Shown here: positions 61,047 through 64,000 of the stretch, one piece after another
Layout: every line of letters begins with the position of its first letter
Numbering within the stretch: position 1 is the first letter of the stretch
Source of the DNA: Heteronotia binoei
Lineage: Eukaryota
NCBI RefSeq assembly: GCF_032191835.1
Contig: NC_083226.1
Location: 38,130,001 to 38,194,000 of the forward strand
Length of the DNA stretch: 64,000 nt
Direction: 5' to 3'
Translations under genes and position numbers: made by a program
Notes under the pieces: model-generated
The model's input: the letters and a program-made list of their open reading frames with translations, nothing else
Told to the model about the DNA's origin: nothing
Database searches by the model: none

Positions 61047-61321
61047 CCTGTATATAGTTTCCTTAAAATGGCTGAAGTGGCTAATAGAAATTAAAGTTGT
61101 ACTTTCAGTGAGGATAACTAACAGAGGGCTGTCTCCAGACTTGTCTCTGTGCTACAGCAGTCGCTGTTCTCATAGCCAGCAGTAGGGATATTAGCTGATG
61201 GATAAAAAAAAGGTATACACTATAGATAGGCATGCAGAAGGGCTTATTCATTTGCACCGACCTTAGACCCACAATCTGTTTTAATAGAAGGGCTGAGAAC
61301 TGGAATTGTGTAGCTCTGTGA

Positions 61322-61953
61322 AGGGGAAGACATGGAAGTAGTGACAGACTTCACATTTCTGGGATCCAAGTTCACTGCAGATGGTGACTGTAGCCATGAA
61401 ATTAAAAGACATTTGCTCCTTGGGAAGACAGTTATGGTGAACTTGGGCAGTATAATAAAAAGTAGAGACATCACCCTGCAAACAAAAGTACCGTACATAT
61501 AGTCAAAGCAATGATATTCCCAGTAGTAATGTATGGGTGTGAGAGTTGGACCATAAGGAAGGCCGAACGCAGAAGAATAGATGCTTTTGAGCTGTGGTGC
61601 TGGAGAAGAATCTTGAGAGTCCCTTGGACTGTAAGAAGATCAATCAGTCAATCCTAAGGGAAATCAACCCTGACTGTTCCCTGGAAGGTCAGATGCTGAA
61701 GCTGAACCTCAAATACTTTGGCCACCAAATGAGAAGGGAGCACTCACTGGCGATGAGCCTGATGCTGGGAAAGACAGAAGGCAAAAGAAGAAGAGGACAG
61801 CAAAAGATGAGATGGCTGAACAGCATTACTGATGAAACTAACACAAGTTTTAGCAGAGTTGGGAGGATGGTGGAAGACAGGAGGACCTGGCGTGACTTTG
61901 TCCATGGAGTCGCAAAGAGTCGGACTCGATTGTGCAACTGAACAACAACAACA
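61322..61953 (+). mobile_element. BovB (RTE) LINE 3' fragment
   Basis: Classic BovB 3' sequence 'gatggtgactgtagccatgaaattaaaagac...tgagagttggaccataaggaagg...catggagtcgcaaagagtcggactcga' with a (CAA)n tail. Confidence 0.93.
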
Positions 61954-62477
61954 AAAAAATATTTTAATTCTTCTTTACCCTGGTTTCTCCTGAAACCCAA
62001 CAATTCTTTTCTTTTCCTGTTTTTATTTATTCATTTGGGGGGGGGGGATTGAAGTCAGTTTCTAATCAATTCCATTTTTATTGAAGAGGAATCCCAAGAG
62101 AGGGAAGAGAAGTTTTGCCAATTTTCAGAATTTACTCTGTAAGATGCTCAAAGGCAAGCAATGTCATCCCAAACCTTCCTGTCTTCCTGCTGCAGCACCA
62201 GCCTGTGTTATGTAACACAATGCAACTGCAAGGGCTGAAGGCACAAAGGGGTGCATTGATTTCTTTACAAAGAGAAATCAAGAGAAATTCCATTTTTTTT
62301 AAAAAAAGGAGAAAAAAAGAGAATAAGAGGAATCAATGACTATTTCTAAAAAAGCAACTGGAAAGAGAAATTCCCCTCCCCATAACAACACTAGCTGTGA
62401 AGGAACTTGCTGACATGGCAGGAAAAAATTGCATTCAATGGTTACTACAAAGAGTTAATAATAATCCTAAATATGCT

Positions 62478-62641
62478 CAGGGCTGGCCCTGCCACTAGGC
62501 AAACTAGGCAGTTGCCTAGGGCGCTGCCTTCTTGGGGTACCGAATTGGGCACCCTCCATGTGACTTGGTTACATTATCAGTGCAGGGGGGCACCAGAAGT
62601 TAGCCTTGCCTAGGGTCCCAGACAGTCTGGGGCCAGCCCTG
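62478..62641. mobile_element. hAT-type MITE (CAGGGCTGGCCC termini)
   Basis: TIR CAGGGCTGGCCC / GGGCCAGCCCTG. Flanks AATATGCT / AGTATGCC match at 6/8 positions. A related fragment lies at about 20008-20130. Confidence 0.75.
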
Positions 62642-64000
62642 AGTATGCCACAAGGGATTTAGTTGGTATTTTATTTTATGATAGTTTTTAAAAAGAGGCA
62701 CTGAACTGGGGAGATTAAGACTATAATCTTCTCTAGCCACCTAAGAAACATCTATTGAATTATTCCACAGATTCATGTGGGCAGACCATCATATGCGTGA
62801 CAAAGTTTTCACAAGGTTCTGCTCTGCAGACAAAATGTGTGCTTCTAAGATCTCAAGAGAGATGGGTAAAGAGCTGTGAAATCATGCTACATCAAGGAAC
62901 GAAGAGGCTGGTGATGGTTTATAGTAATTACATTGGGAAGGGAAGCTGAAAGGAGGTTGCTTTGGTTACTCAATTACTATTTTTGGCTTCCTCAATAAGG
63001 AAACATTGTAAAGATGGAGGCAGTTGTTTATGTAACCATTTACACCTTCTGACAGATATCACAGAAGAGGTGAATACAGTTTTTCTCTAGAATGAAGAAC
63101 TTTGAATAATTTCCACTTATTCAGGCATTGCCTGGGGAAGAGAAACATACACATAAACACCCTTTTGACCTTCAGACATTTTACACCATACTGCCAATTC
63201 ACACTTTTGGGGCTTGTTTTAGCTTAGGCACCCAGGGTTTTTTTATTGCACAGATTTAATATGCACATGGTGAATCACTTGTGTGAGTCACCCATGATGT
63301 GCTCAAATGGCCTGTTTGTACGCCCTAGTCAGCATGAGAAAATCTGTACAGCCATTGGGACACAAACTACCCATTTATGCTTAAAGCCAACACATCAGTG
63401 GACAGGTTTTCACCAACTCTTCAACAAAAACAAGATTGACAAAAGAAGCCCTGAAAGGGGTTGTGATCACTGGCCAACACTTCCTTGCAAACAGTAAGAT
63501 TTGCTTATAAGGAGCACATCTAGAACCAGACCAGCAAAAACAAGATATTATGTTAGTACTAGTGTGACTCTGTCTCATTCAGAGCTGTGCATGAATTGTC
63601 ATCCATAAACAGTGATGGGTGAGCTCACATTGTTATCTGATTGGAAATGGCAAGCAGGATCCTTGAATACGAAAAAAACCACGCCCCCCCCTTTTTTATC
63701 AGGTCTTCTATATTGGATTGAAAATGTTCTGCATGCATGCATTTTTGCCCCATCACTTGGGGACAGTGGTTCATGTGTGGTTCACTGTATTTCTTAGGCA
63801 ACCGTGTATGTTGTTCTATGTACATCTGGTGAAGTTATAAAATAGCTGGTGATGTTGATCAGGAAGAAGTTCTTAATTGCAAAAAATAACAATGGAAAAG
63901 AAATAGTTCTTCCAATTGGTTTTGGTTTTATAAGGCCACCTGTTTCAATGATGCATTCTCTTGATATGTGCATAACTTTGCCAGCAATCTAGTAAGCTCT

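Overview
Repeat-rich vertebrate genomic DNA. The repeat content (Sauria-type, 5S-derived and tRNA-derived SINEs, BovB, CR1, L2 and many hAT-type MITEs with 8-bp target-site duplications) points to a squamate reptile, probably a gecko; this is inference. No complete host coding gene is recognisable. A CpG island at about 17.9-19.45 kb looks like a promoter, possibly bidirectional, with candidate small exons on both strands, so most of the window is probably intronic or intergenic. The only long ORF is the reverse transcriptase of a young, 5'-truncated L2 LINE (23.7-25.9 kb) inserted inside an older L2. The most notable observation is a 925-bp non-autonomous hAT-type element (7870-8794) with perfect 11-bp TIRs and a perfect 8-bp TSD, inserted into a SINE. 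It carries a captured RING-finger exon fragment of a LONRF-family gene and an ETS-CRE-ETS palindrome, making it a Pack-TE-like gene-fragment-capturing transposon. Other oddities are a triplicated ~300-bp unit separated by degenerate telomere-like tracts (27.2-28.5 kb), a locally templated 59-bp insertion, and a CpG-rich DIRS/Ngaro-like 5' end with a TATA box. Family assignments rest on motifs read by eye and recalled knowledge; no database searches were run.
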